Shown here piece by piece: positions 9,071-18,321 of a stretch of 64,000 nt of DNA (within the stretch, counting starts at the first letter, position 1; each line of letters starts with the position of its first letter). The stretch is from the NCBI GenBank assembly GCA_031555055.1, contig JAVBUT010000002.1:210165-274164 (forward strand), in the 5' to 3' direction. This stretch comes from Alphaproteobacteria bacterium (GTDB taxonomy: Bacteria; Pseudomonadota; Alphaproteobacteria; Rs-D84). The notes under the pieces were generated by a model, which was not told the origin of the DNA, did not search any database, and saw only the letters and a list, made by a program, of their open reading frames with translations. Both the position numbers and the translations under genes were made by a program.

Positions 9071-9391
9071 TTAGTTTCCTTTCAGTTCGGATACCCAGTC
9101 AATCAGGGTATCCTGGTCCATGACGCCGGTGCGCGCTTCGACCAGTTCGCCGTTTTTAAATGCCAGTACGCTGGGGATGCTGCGGATGCCATATTTGGCG
9201 GGTGTTCGTCTGTTTGCTTCATCAACTTCAAATTTAAGAAAATTTACGTCCGGGATTTTTGTCGCTGTGGCTTCGAATATTGGGCCGAACATCATGCATG
9301 GGCCGCACCAGGACGCCCAGAAATCAACCAAACTGATCCCGGTCGCGGTTTTATCGGCAAAATTCGCATCATTTATATGGTCAAGAGCCAT
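9071..9391 (-). CDS. trxA: thioredoxin
   Basis: WCGPC active site with typical 106-aa thioredoxin fold pattern. ATG at 9389-9391. Confidence 0.85.
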   Translation of the reverse strand: MALDHINDANFADKTATGISLVDFWASWCGPCMMFGPIFEATATKIPDVNFLKFEVDEANRRTPAKYGIRSIPSVLAFKNGELVEARTGVMDQDTLIDWVSELKGN

Positions 9392-9597
9392 CTTTTTCTC
9401 CTTAAAGTTAGCTGTTTCGGCAGAGTGTATTACAACCATTGCGAAATGCAAGGGAAATCACCAGAATTTATATAGGTCGAAATCAGGTTTTTGCAATGGG
9501 AAAATCGGCAAAAATTCCGATAGTTTATAACAAGATTTTCCTGGAAAATAATATATAATGTTAAATAATCTGGTGTAATTACATTTAGGTTTTAAAA

Positions 9598-10767
9598 ATG
9601 ACAAAAAACATATATATGGACGCCGCCGCCAGCAGCCTGAAACCACAGTCTGTGATTGATGCGGAAATGGATTTTTTACAAAATCGTTATGCAAACGCCG
9701 GGCGTGGAATATGCGCGCGTGCATCCGCGGTTGACAATATGGTGGCGAATACCCGTGACGCGGTCCGTGATTTTATTGGCGCGTCAAAATCCGACCAAAT
9801 TATTTTTACATCCGGCACCACGGACGGGATGAATAAAATCGCCAAAATGTTAAAAACTTCGTTATCGTTTGACGACAATTCTTTGGTTATGGTGTCCGAT
9901 CTGGATCATCACAGCGCGCGCATGCCGTTTGAAGAAATGCGCCATGGTGCCGGACGTAATTTTGCTGTATGTCCATTGGACAAAGAATTTAACATTGATA
10001 CTGAAAATATCCCGGCCGCCGACGTATTCGTTATTACCGCTATGTCAAACGTGCTGGGGGCGCCCCAGGATGTAAAAAAAATTATATCTGCGGCCCGTGC
10101 AAAAAATCCAGACGTTATAACGGTTGTCGACGCCGCACAATATGTTGCGTATTTGCCAATTGACGTTGCCGATTGGGATTGTGACTTTTTATGTTTTTCC
10201 GGGCACAAGATCGGCGCGGATACAGGTGTTGGTATAATGTATATAAAAGAGCCGAAAAAATGGTTCCCGGCGGAACTTGGTGGGGGCATGGTGTCGCGAA
10301 TAACAGGATCGGACGGATCAAACGACAGCCGATGGATTTTTATGTCCGCACCAGAAAAATTCGAAGCGGGCACATTGCCGCTGACCCAGATCGCGGGGTT
10401 GGTTTCGGCGATAAGGAATCAGGAATCAGGAATCCGCCTCCGCAGATGCTTCGGCGGACAAGTCAGGGATCAGGGATCGAGAATTGTGAGGTATCTGCAT
10501 GATGAGTTGTCAAAAATTGATCGTATAAAAATAATTACCAAACCAGATGCGGCGGTTTTGACATTCGTGGTCGACGGTATGCATGTGCTGGATTTTGGGG
10601 CTTTGGTGGGTGCGTCGGGCGTATGTATCCGCGTTGGAAACATGTGTGCGTCATGGATACATCGTTTATTGGGACAAGACGGCACGATACGGATATCTTG
10701 TGGATTCTGGAACACAATGGATGAAGCAAACGATGTTATTGATATAATAAAAAAGATATTGAAATGA
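9598..10767 (+). CDS. sufS: cysteine desulfurase, class V aminotransferase (SufS/NifS-like)
   Basis: PLP-lysine motif SGHK, TSGTT and class-V pattern. Followed by DUF59 and SufE genes. Carries a composite repeat insert at 10415-10483. Confidence 0.8.
   Translation: MTKNIYMDAAASSLKPQSVIDAEMDFLQNRYANAGRGICARASAVDNMVANTRDAVRDFIGASKSDQIIFTSGTTDGMNKIAKMLKTSLSFDDNSLVMVSDLDHHSARMPFEEMRHGAGRNFAVCPLDKEFNIDTENIPAADVFVITAMSNVLGAPQDVKKIISAARAKNPDVITVVDAAQYVAYLPIDVADWDCDFLCFSGHKIGADTGVGIMYIKEPKKWFPAELGGGMVSRITGSDGSNDSRWIFMSAPEKFEAGTLPLTQIAGLVSAIRNQESGIRLRRCFGGQVRDQGSRIVRYLHDELSKIDRIKIITKPDAAVLTFVVDGMHVLDFGALVGASGVCIRVGNMCASWIHRLLGQDGTIRISCGFWNTMDEANDVIDIIKKILK
10415..10483. repeat. composite GAATCAG-heptamer/core element inserted in-frame in sufS; same core as the miaB copy
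   Basis: ggaatcaggaatcaggaatcc-gcctccgcagatgcttcggcggacaagtcagg-gatcagggatcgag. The reverse complement occurs at 26836-26896. Confidence 0.75.
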
Positions 10768-11078
10768 GTTTTACCAAAGATCAAATCATAAATGCGATAA
10801 AGACCGTGTATGATCCGGAAATCCCTGTTAATATATGGGATTTGGGGCTGATTTATGATATCGATATCAAAAACGATATGGTTGTTATAACCATGACTTT
10901 TACCAGCCCAACATGCCCCATGATGGAAGAGCTGTTGGCAGAGGTTAAAGAGAAAGTCGAAGCGGTCGCCGGAGTTGCCCAGGTGAAAATAGAACTGGTG
11001 TGGAATCCGCCATGGGATATTTCGCGCATGTCGGACGCGGCGCGTTTGGAATTGGATTTGACCGAAGCGGGTTGGTAG
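10764..11078 (+). CDS. DUF59/MIP18-family Fe-S assembly protein (SufT-like)
   Basis: TVYDPEIPVNIWDLGLIYD...TSPTCP motif. 4-nt overlap with sufS. Confidence 0.7.
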   Translation: MSFTKDQIINAIKTVYDPEIPVNIWDLGLIYDIDIKNDMVVITMTFTSPTCPMMEELLAEVKEKVEAVAGVAQVKIELVWNPPWDISRMSDAARLELDLTEAGW

Positions 11079-11103
11079 ATCAATAATTCGTATTACGAAT
11101 TTT

Positions 11104-11133
11104 GAAATGAAAAATGAAGAATGAAAAATGAAT
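11104..11133. repeat. ATGAAAA-type heptamer tandem array overlapping the sufE start
   Basis: aaatgaaaaatgaagaatgaaaaatgaat. Confidence 0.6.
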
Positions 11134-11493
11134 AATTATTCGGAAATAAAAAAATTATTATCAAATATTGACGATCCGGTTATGAAACTGGAAGTCGTCA
11201 TGGACATGGGAGGACAATTACCGTCAATCCCATCGGATGCAGCATGCACAGAGATTTATGGTTGCGCATCGCGCGTGCAGATATGTCGTGTCGGGAATAA
11301 TTTTTACGGTGCTGCGGACTCTGCCTTGGTGCGTGGGATTGTCGCGGTGATTTTGTCCATGGTAGACGGCAAAACGCCGGATGAAATCAGAAAAATCAAT
11401 CTGCGCGCAGAGTTTTCCGGCCTGGGTCTGAACCTGGGGGCTGGGCGCTTGAACGGTGTCAATTCTATGATTAGTTTTTTAGAAAATTTATGA
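11128..11493 (+). CDS. sufE: cysteine desulfuration protein SufE
   Basis: Active-site motif YGCASRVQI (GC.S.V) and SufE length. Confidence 0.8.
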   Translation: MNNYSEIKKLLSNIDDPVMKLEVVMDMGGQLPSIPSDAACTEIYGCASRVQICRVGNNFYGAADSALVRGIVAVILSMVDGKTPDEIRKINLRAEFSGLGLNLGAGRLNGVNSMISFLENL

Positions 11494-11525
11494 TACAATT
11501 ACGTCAACGAAAATCCGGATAAATT

Positions 11526-11822
11526 ATGAACGAAGACGAAAGAATGTTTCAGTGGGGTATCGGGCTGGCGATGGCGGTGCTGATGCTGACGGCGGGTCTG
11601 CAGGTGTGCTATCGCGTCCAGGACAAGACACGCGCGCGGACCAGGGCTGAAATCGTGAAAACACAACAGGAAACTGCGATCGCTGCGTCGAATTTTGCGG
11701 CCTATGTCCGGCCGGAAATACTGCGCAATGCGGTGACCGGACTGTATCCGAACGCCGAAGTTATCAGTTTTAAAAAATCAATATCAATTGACGAATTGCC
11801 GGCGCGTGAAATAAAAGAATAG
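11526..11822 (+). CDS. ftsL: small single-TM protein upstream of ftsI, FtsL-like
   Basis: Position immediately 5 prime of PBP3 gene. One TM helix. 98 aa. Confidence 0.4.
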   Translation: MNEDERMFQWGIGLAMAVLMLTAGLQVCYRVQDKTRARTRAEIVKTQQETAIAASNFAAYVRPEILRNAVTGLYPNAEVISFKKSISIDELPAREIKE

Positions 11823-11836
11823 TCGTATAGAGAGCA

Positions 11837-13471
11837 ATGTTTGAAGTAGGAAGGGATATTTTAAAAGGTGGCTTTAAATCCGCGGGCGCGGATGTTGCGT
11901 CACGTGGTCGACTGCGCATTGTATATTCTTTGTTTGTCATCGCATTTTCCATTTTTATTGTGAAAACATTGTGGTTGGGGGTCCAGGGCACAGACCGCGC
12001 ACGCCGCGGCACCGGGGCGGGCGACTGGGTGGTTACGCGCGCCGACATCGTTGACCGAAACGGCGATATTCTGGCCAAAAACATAATGTCCGGGCATATT
12101 ACGCTACGTCCACAACTGGTCAAGGATCGCGATGCTGTCGCAAGATTGATACATCAGACTATGCCAATGGAATACAGTCTGTCGGACGCGCTGGGGATGA
12201 TGAATTCGTCCAGACGATTCATTTATGTTAAAAAGCTGGCCGATGATTCCGCACGCAACGCCGTGGCAAACGCAAAACTGGCGGGATTGGACATAGAGCA
12301 GGTTCAAATGCGTCGTTATCCAAAGCGCCGGCTGTTCTCGCACATTGTCGGATTTGTCGGAAATGACGGACATGGGTTGGAAGGCGCGGAAAGAATATAC
12401 GATAGCTATCTGTCTGAAAATAAAGACCCGTTGCGGCTGTCGCTGGATTCGCGTATACAGTCCGTGTTTTACGAACAGCTGTCCGCGGCAATGCACAAAT
12501 ACCAGGCGAATGCCGCAATGGGCATGCTGATGAACTCACGCACGGGGGAAATGTTGGCGATTGTATCTTTGCCGGACTTTGATCCGGAAAATATTGCGTC
12601 GTCGACAACAGCCAGCCGTATGTTCATGCCATTGCGCGGCGTATTCGAAATGGGGTCCATATTCAAGATATTCAACACTGCCATGGCGTTCGAAAACGGG
12701 ATAAATAAAAAATACTTTGTTGGTACGCCGTACAAGATACCGGACAAATTCGGACGCACGGCTGCGATCATCGGCGATGTCAGCAGTTTGAAAAAAGTCA
12801 CCGACGTGACACCGAATATGTCTGTTCCGGAAATTATGCTGTATTCATGCAACGCGGGGTCTGCCCAGATTGCGTTGGATTTGCCGGACGGGGCCCAGCG
12901 CGAATTCTTTTCACGAATTCATTTGGACGATGCGTTGGATTTGGAATTTGGCCGGACCGAGCGTACATTGTTGCCGATCAAATGGGGACCGGTGGAAAGG
13001 GCGACAGTATCTTTTGGTCACGGTGTATCTGTAACGCCGATGCACGTGATGCTGGGGGTGAACGCTATGACAAACGGCGGGATATTCATATATCCGACGT
13101 TGCAAAAGCGCAGCATTGGTGCCGTCCGCGGCGAACGTGTGGTGTCACCGGACATATCTGCGACATTGCGCGGGATAATGTTCCGCGTCGCAGAAGAAAC
13201 GACCGCGAAACAGGCCAGAATCGCCGGCATTAACATTGGTGGGAAAACATCGACTGCGGAAAAAAGAATAAACGGCGTGATCGATCATAAAAAGAATCTG
13301 ACAGCATTCGTTGGGGCATTTCCGATAGAGGCGCCACAATACACCATACTGATTGTTCTGGACGAACCAAAGGGAACCCAGGAATCATACGGTCTGCGCA
13401 CGGCTGCGTGGAATGCGGTTCCGACCGCCGGCAAGATACTGGACAGCGTGTTGCCAATGCTGTTTGATTAA
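11837..13471 (+). CDS. ftsI: peptidoglycan D,D-transpeptidase FtsI (PBP3)
   Basis: GSIFK (SxxK), YSCN (SxN) and KTST (KTG-like) motifs. N-terminal TM segment. Confidence 0.8.
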   Translation: MFEVGRDILKGGFKSAGADVASRGRLRIVYSLFVIAFSIFIVKTLWLGVQGTDRARRGTGAGDWVVTRADIVDRNGDILAKNIMSGHITLRPQLVKDRDAVARLIHQTMPMEYSLSDALGMMNSSRRFIYVKKLADDSARNAVANAKLAGLDIEQVQMRRYPKRRLFSHIVGFVGNDGHGLEGAERIYDSYLSENKDPLRLSLDSRIQSVFYEQLSAAMHKYQANAAMGMLMNSRTGEMLAIVSLPDFDPENIASSTTASRMFMPLRGVFEMGSIFKIFNTAMAFENGINKKYFVGTPYKIPDKFGRTAAIIGDVSSLKKVTDVTPNMSVPEIMLYSCNAGSAQIALDLPDGAQREFFSRIHLDDALDLEFGRTERTLLPIKWGPVERATVSFGHGVSVTPMHVMLGVNAMTNGGIFIYPTLQKRSIGAVRGERVVSPDISATLRGIMFRVAEETTAKQARIAGINIGGKTSTAEKRINGVIDHKKNLTAFVGAFPIEAPQYTILIVLDEPKGTQESYGLRTAAWNAVPTAGKILDSVLPMLFD

Positions 13472-13766
13472 CCATTAGCGCATAACAAATAGCGTATAGC
13501 GATTAGCAAATAGTTACAGGTGCGAACATTTTGTCGTCATACCGGCGACTTGTCCACCGAAGCCTTGGCGAAGGTCGGAGCGCCTGTATAACGACCAGTG
13601 TGAAATATTTTTATTTTTTACAAAATACCGAATTCGGGTTATTTAAAACACAAATTTTGGAACAGAATATAATAAATAGGAAACGTTTCTTTTGTAATAA
13701 AAGAGGCTTATTCCATAGAAGATGCTATGCGCTAATCGCTATACGCTATTTGCTATGCGCTAATGG
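13472..13766. mobile_element. MITE-like element: about 43-bp near-perfect terminal inverted repeats (family A, tagc-rich) flanking about 210 bp of non-coding sequence
   Basis: ccattagcgcataacaaatagcgtatagcgattagcaaatag at 13472-13514 versus the reverse complement of gctatgcgctaatcgctatacgctatttgctatgcgctaatgg at 13724-13766. The internal ORF 13531-13770 is judged spurious. Confidence 0.65.
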
Positions 13767-13840
13767 TTAATGACTATTAACTATTTGCTATTGATCATTT
13801 AATTGCTATAATAATTCCGATAAGAAAAAAAGAGATTACG

Positions 13841-15607
13841 TTGAGAAAGATAGTAGAAAGATCCATGCTGGGCAAAGCGTGGGTTTGCGCGACAGAGTAT
13901 GAAGAAAACACGCCCAGCAGTACGATTTTAAAAGAAGACTTGTTAAAGAAAATATTGGAATCGCGCGGCGTTCGTAGCGGGGTCGATACCAGCAAGTTTT
14001 TAAATCCCAGCATAAAAGAATACATGCCCGACCCCAGCGTGCTGGCCGATATGGATTCGGCGGCGCGTATAATTGTCGACAATATTGTCGCCGGGCGGAA
14101 AATTGCCATATACGGCGACTATGACGTGGACGGAATAACGTCCAGTGCGATCATGGTGAAATATCTGCGTGCGGTTGGCGCAAACGTCGTATGGCACCTG
14201 CCAACGCGCGAAGGCGAAGGGTATGGTCTGAACTGTGATGCCGTCAGTGCGATCGCCGCGGACGGGGTCAATCTGATCGTGACCGTCGATTGCGGAATCA
14301 GCGGCGTGGAAGAAATTGCGCTGGCTAAAAAACTGGGGCTGGATGTCGTTGTTACCGATCATCATTCGCCTGACGGGAATCTGCCGGCGGCCGACGCGGT
14401 CGTGAATCCCAAACGCCTGGACGATACGTCCGGGATGTCTTATCTGGCGGGTGTCGGCGTGGCTTTTATGACACTGGTCGCCGTGAATAGAGAACTGAAG
14501 TCCAGAAATGACGATAAATTCCAAATTCCGCATTCTTTATTTTTGATCGATCTGATGGATTTGGTCGCGCTGGGGACGATATGCGACACAATGCCGTTGG
14601 TGGGACTGAATCGTGCGTTTGCTGCGACCGGCCTGAAAGTTCTGGCCAAGCGAAACAATGTCGGCCTGCGCGCGTTGATGGATATTGCAGTAATTAAATA
14701 GCAGACCAAATACAGCGTGATGTTCGCGCTGGGGCCGCGGTTGAATGCGGCGGGCCGTCTGGATTCTGCGGCGCCGGCGCTGGAACTGTTGTTGACGGAC
14801 AATATACTGGTCGCGAACGATCTGGCGGCAAAATTAAACCGCATGAACCAGGAACGCATAGATGTTCAAAATGCAATCATGATAAGTGCGACCGAAATGG
14901 CCCAGAAATGTTGCGCTTTGGGAAAATGCAGCCTGTTCGTATGTGGCGATAACTGGCGCACTGGGGTTATGGGGATCATCGCCGGGCGGCTGAAAGACAA
15001 ATATAACCTGCCGACATGTGTTGCGACGAAATGCGACGGCGTGATTGACGGGTCCGGCCGTTCTATACCGGGCGTCGATCTGGGGCGCATTGTCCATGAT
15101 GCGGCGGCATTGGGAATAATCAGCGGCGGCGGCGGCCATGCGGCGGCGGCCGGGTTTACTTTGCCGGCAGAGAATGAACAGAAATTCTGCGAATTTTTGG
15201 AAAAATCCGTCTTGGCGCAGTTGGATGGGAAAATTCCGGAAAACGAAACGGTTGTTGATGCCGAAATGGATGCCGGTGGCGCAACGATGAAGCTGGTGGA
15301 ACAACTGGCGGAACTGGAACCGTTCGGCCAGGCCAATCCGGAACCGACACTGGTACTGCGTGGCGGGACATTGGCCCACGCGACGATAATGGGCAAGGGC
15401 GGAACGCACTTGCGCGGATATATCAATACAGGCAACGGATCGCGCCTGGCGTTTGTGGGATTTAATATGGTCGGGACGCCGGTCGGTGATTTTTTGCTGG
15501 ACGATGCGCATACAAATACTAAAATGATGATGTTGGGAAAGTTAAAGGAAAACGAATACCAAGGCCGCGTATCGGCACAGTTCATTTTGGAAGACTTGGC
15601 AATTTAA
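13841..15607 (+). pseudogene. recJ: recJ single-stranded-DNA exonuclease interrupted by an in-frame TAG at 14699-14701 (two ORFs 13841-14701 and 14717-15607 in the same frame)
   Basis: DHH motifs (YGDYDVDG, DHH) in the first part. Conserved FALGPRLNAAGRL and DHHA1 region in the second part. The frames are identical and separated by a single amber codon. Confidence 0.6.
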
Positions 15608-15637
15608 TGAAGAATGAAAAGTGAAAAATGAAAAATT
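15606..15637. repeat. ATGAAAA-type heptamer array immediately after the recJ stop
   Basis: aatgaagaatgaaaagtgaaaaatgaaaaatt. Confidence 0.55.
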
Positions 15638-15685
15638 AAATTCATTTTGACTTAATGGTTTTTCAAAATAAAAAAAGGAACAGAT

Positions 15686-16312
15686 ATGAAATTTTTTTTA
15701 AAGTCATTATTCATTGTTAGTTTTTCATTTTTTATTCCGACATTTGCGTATGCGTCGGTTGACAAGGCTTTGGTGGATTCGGCTGAAACTTATCTGAATT
15801 CTATCACCGGGCTGAACGGAAAATTTACACAGAATGCGAACGGCAAGAAAAGCAATGGGACATTCGACATGCTGCGCCCGGGCAAAGTTCGCCTGGATTA
15901 CAAAGACATGCCGGTACAGTTGATATCGGACGGTCAGGATTTGTATTTCTTTGACAAGTCGCTGGACCAGATCACGACCGTGCCGCTGACCAGTACGCCG
16001 GCCGGGATATTGGTACGCAAGAACATCAATTTACGCAATGCGGATATCAAGGTAACCGAAACAAAACAGAATGCCAAGACTTTCGCGCTGACCATGCATA
16101 TGCGCGATAATGAAGGTGTCGGCAAAATGACTGTCGTATTCGACAATGCGCCGATAAAGCTGAATTCATGGACGGTGTCGGACGCCACAGGGACCAAGAC
16201 GGATGTGGTATTCAACGATCTGAAAACAAAAACCGATTTTGCAAAAAACTATTTCCAGATACAGCGTCACAAGACTGCGACTACATCCGGCGGCGACAGC
16301 TATTATGATTAA
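15686..16312 (+). CDS. lolA: outer-membrane lipoprotein carrier protein LolA
   Basis: Signal peptide plus LolA pattern F.Q.......G.....RPG..R..Y......SDG..LY.FD..L.Q.T. Confidence 0.7.
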   Translation: MKFFLKSLFIVSFSFFIPTFAYASVDKALVDSAETYLNSITGLNGKFTQNANGKKSNGTFDMLRPGKVRLDYKDMPVQLISDGQDLYFFDKSLDQITTVPLTSTPAGILVRKNINLRNADIKVTETKQNAKTFALTMHMRDNEGVGKMTVVFDNAPIKLNSWTVSDATGTKTDVVFNDLKTKTDFAKNYFQIQRHKTATTSGGDSYYD

Positions 16313-17207
16313 GCGGATATCGAATTATTCCAGACATATTGTTTTCGGCATATCGCTGGCGATGTTGTTGATGTCGCCGCTGCGCGCAATCGATGACGGA
16401 AAATGCGATATTGTCGGCGTAACGCCGGCCGCGCCGACGATTTGTGGCGTTGCGGCCCAGGGCGGTATGCTGTATGGTGAAGTCCGGGGCTGGGACGTGT
16501 ATGCGGGCGATGTTAAAATTTCAAACCGCGGTGTGTTTGTGATCGGACTGGACCGTGATGCGGCGGATACTTTGAAATTAAAATTCTGCAAACAGTCCGG
16601 CGGTGCATGCCAGACTTATTCGTATCCGATAAAACAGCGTAAATATATTGAACAGCACGTAAAGGTCGCCGAAAGATTTGACGAAGACAAACAATCGCCG
16701 GAATTAAAGAAACGCATCGTGGCCGAGGCTGCGCGCGTCCAATCCGTCCGCGCCGCCGCATTGGACGATACCACACTGTATTTTATGAATATGCGCATGC
16801 CGGATGATTTAAAGAAATATAAAATGGGCAGCCTGTTCGGGTCGCGGCGCGTGTTCAACAATGTGCCGAAATCGCCGCACAAGGGTGTTGATTTTTCCAT
16901 GCCGGCCGGTGCGCCGCTGTATCCGATTGCGGACGGTGTTGTCATTATGGCCGAAGGCGAACACTTTTATAACGGCAATATCGTCATGGTGTCGCACGGA
17001 CACGGGATCGTGTCGGCTTATCTGCATATGTCCAAGATTGATGTTCATGTCGGTGACATGGTGAACGACAAAACGATCTTGGGACGCGTCGGATCAACGG
17101 GGCGTTCGTCTGGTGCGCATTTGCACCTGGGGCTGTATCATGGCCAGACCGCGATCGATCCGGCATTGTTTATTGTAAAAGGGGGCGCACAGAATGTTCG
17201 GAATTAG
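16305..17207 (+). CDS. M23-family (LytM domain) metallopeptidase
   Basis: HKGVDF...HxH-type motifs (SHGHG, AHLHLG). ATG at 16305 overlaps the lolA stop (ATGATTAA). Confidence 0.75.
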   Translation: MIKRISNYSRHIVFGISLAMLLMSPLRAIDDGKCDIVGVTPAAPTICGVAAQGGMLYGEVRGWDVYAGDVKISNRGVFVIGLDRDAADTLKLKFCKQSGGACQTYSYPIKQRKYIEQHVKVAERFDEDKQSPELKKRIVAEAARVQSVRAAALDDTTLYFMNMRMPDDLKKYKMGSLFGSRRVFNNVPKSPHKGVDFSMPAGAPLYPIADGVVIMAEGEHFYNGNIVMVSHGHGIVSAYLHMSKIDVHVGDMVNDKTILGRVGSTGRSSGAHLHLGLYHGQTAIDPALFIVKGGAQNVRN

Positions 17208-17532
17208 CTGGGCGGAATTTTTAGTGATAATGCTGGTCGGCGTTCTGGTCGTGCCGGCCAAGAACTGGCCCGATGTCGCAAAGTTTCTGGCCGGGTGCGT
17301 GAAATTTATCCGAAACCTGATTTGGAAGATATCGGATGCGACAGAAAGCATAAAAGAACAGATCGAATTGGAAAAGCCGATCAACGATCTGATCCAATCG
17401 ACGACGCGCGACGTCATGGATACTTTTTCAACAGCCATAAAACCTGTGGATAGGGCGCACAGTGGCATACAAGGGAAAAAAACAATACGTAAACCGTTAA
17501 CAGCGCCGCATAAACCGAAGGCTGTAAAATGA
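17194..17532 (+). CDS. tatB: Sec-independent translocase TatB
   Basis: MFGISWAEFLVIMLVGVLVV...P TatA/B-family N-terminus, longer than TatA. Immediately upstream of tatC. Confidence 0.7.
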   Translation: MFGISWAEFLVIMLVGVLVVPAKNWPDVAKFLAGCVKFIRNLIWKISDATESIKEQIELEKPINDLIQSTTRDVMDTFSTAIKPVDRAHSGIQGKKTIRKPLTAPHKPKAVK

Positions 17533-18278
17533 AAAAAAAGAAAACAGTTTCGAATCACGAATCGCCAACGGCGCGTATGACATTGATGCAGCATTTTGCC
17601 GAAATGCGCCGACGTGTTTTGTGGCTGTTGATAATATTCTGCGCAGCATTCGGAATCGGTTGGTTTGTTGCGCCATATCTGCAGGAGTTTTTGACAGAAC
17701 CGCTGATGTCCGTATGGCCGAACGGAACAATGCTGTATACGGGACTGGCCGACGGATTGCTGATCCAGTTTTCATTGGCGACACTGGTCGCGATACTGAT
17801 ATCGTTGCCAGCGCTGTTGTGGCATGTATGGGGATTCGTTGCGCCGGGTTTGCATAAAAACGAAAAACGATTGATCATGCCGATATTAATACTGTCGCCG
17901 GTGCTGTTTATAACCGGCGCGGCGTTCGCATTTTACATTTTGTTCCCGCTGGCGTTCAAATTCTTTGTTGAAATGAACCAGGCTTCGCCAGTTCCCAGCG
18001 TCCTGTTGCCAGCGATGAAAGATTATCTGTCGTTCGCGATCGGATTGTTAAAAGTATTCGGGATCGCGTTCCAATTGCCGTTGGTTATGGTTTTGTTGAA
18101 CCGGTTGGGCATACTGTCACGTGCGACGGTTGTAAAATCGCGCAGATATGCGATTATCGGCATATTTGTCGTGGCGGCGATTCTGACCCCACCGGATATT
18201 GTGTCGCAATGCCTGCTGGCCATACCGATGTGGGGATTGTTCGAGCTAAGCATTTTGTTTATGAAGAAAGATAATTAA
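17529..18278 (+). CDS. tatC: Sec-independent translocase TatC
   Basis: Six TM segments. TatC signature LTEPLM...FQLPL. Confidence 0.85.
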   Translation: MKKKKTVSNHESPTARMTLMQHFAEMRRRVLWLLIIFCAAFGIGWFVAPYLQEFLTEPLMSVWPNGTMLYTGLADGLLIQFSLATLVAILISLPALLWHVWGFVAPGLHKNEKRLIMPILILSPVLFITGAAFAFYILFPLAFKFFVEMNQASPVPSVLLPAMKDYLSFAIGLLKVFGIAFQLPLVMVLLNRLGILSRATVVKSRRYAIIGIFVVAAILTPPDIVSQCLLAIPMWGLFELSILFMKKDN

Positions 18279-18321
18279 TCGCGGCTTTATCCAATTTCTG
18301 TTTTGTGATATAATTACCCTT

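Noticed and set aside
13531-13770. 79-aa ORF inside the MITE-like element
   Set aside because: Lies between the 43-bp TIRs. No RBS. The sequence is repeat DNA.
14000-15585. Several long minus-strand ORFs (14000-14533, 14440-14859, 14834-15511, 14866-15585)
   Set aside because: All are antisense to the well-supported recJ reading frame. High-GC shadow ORFs.
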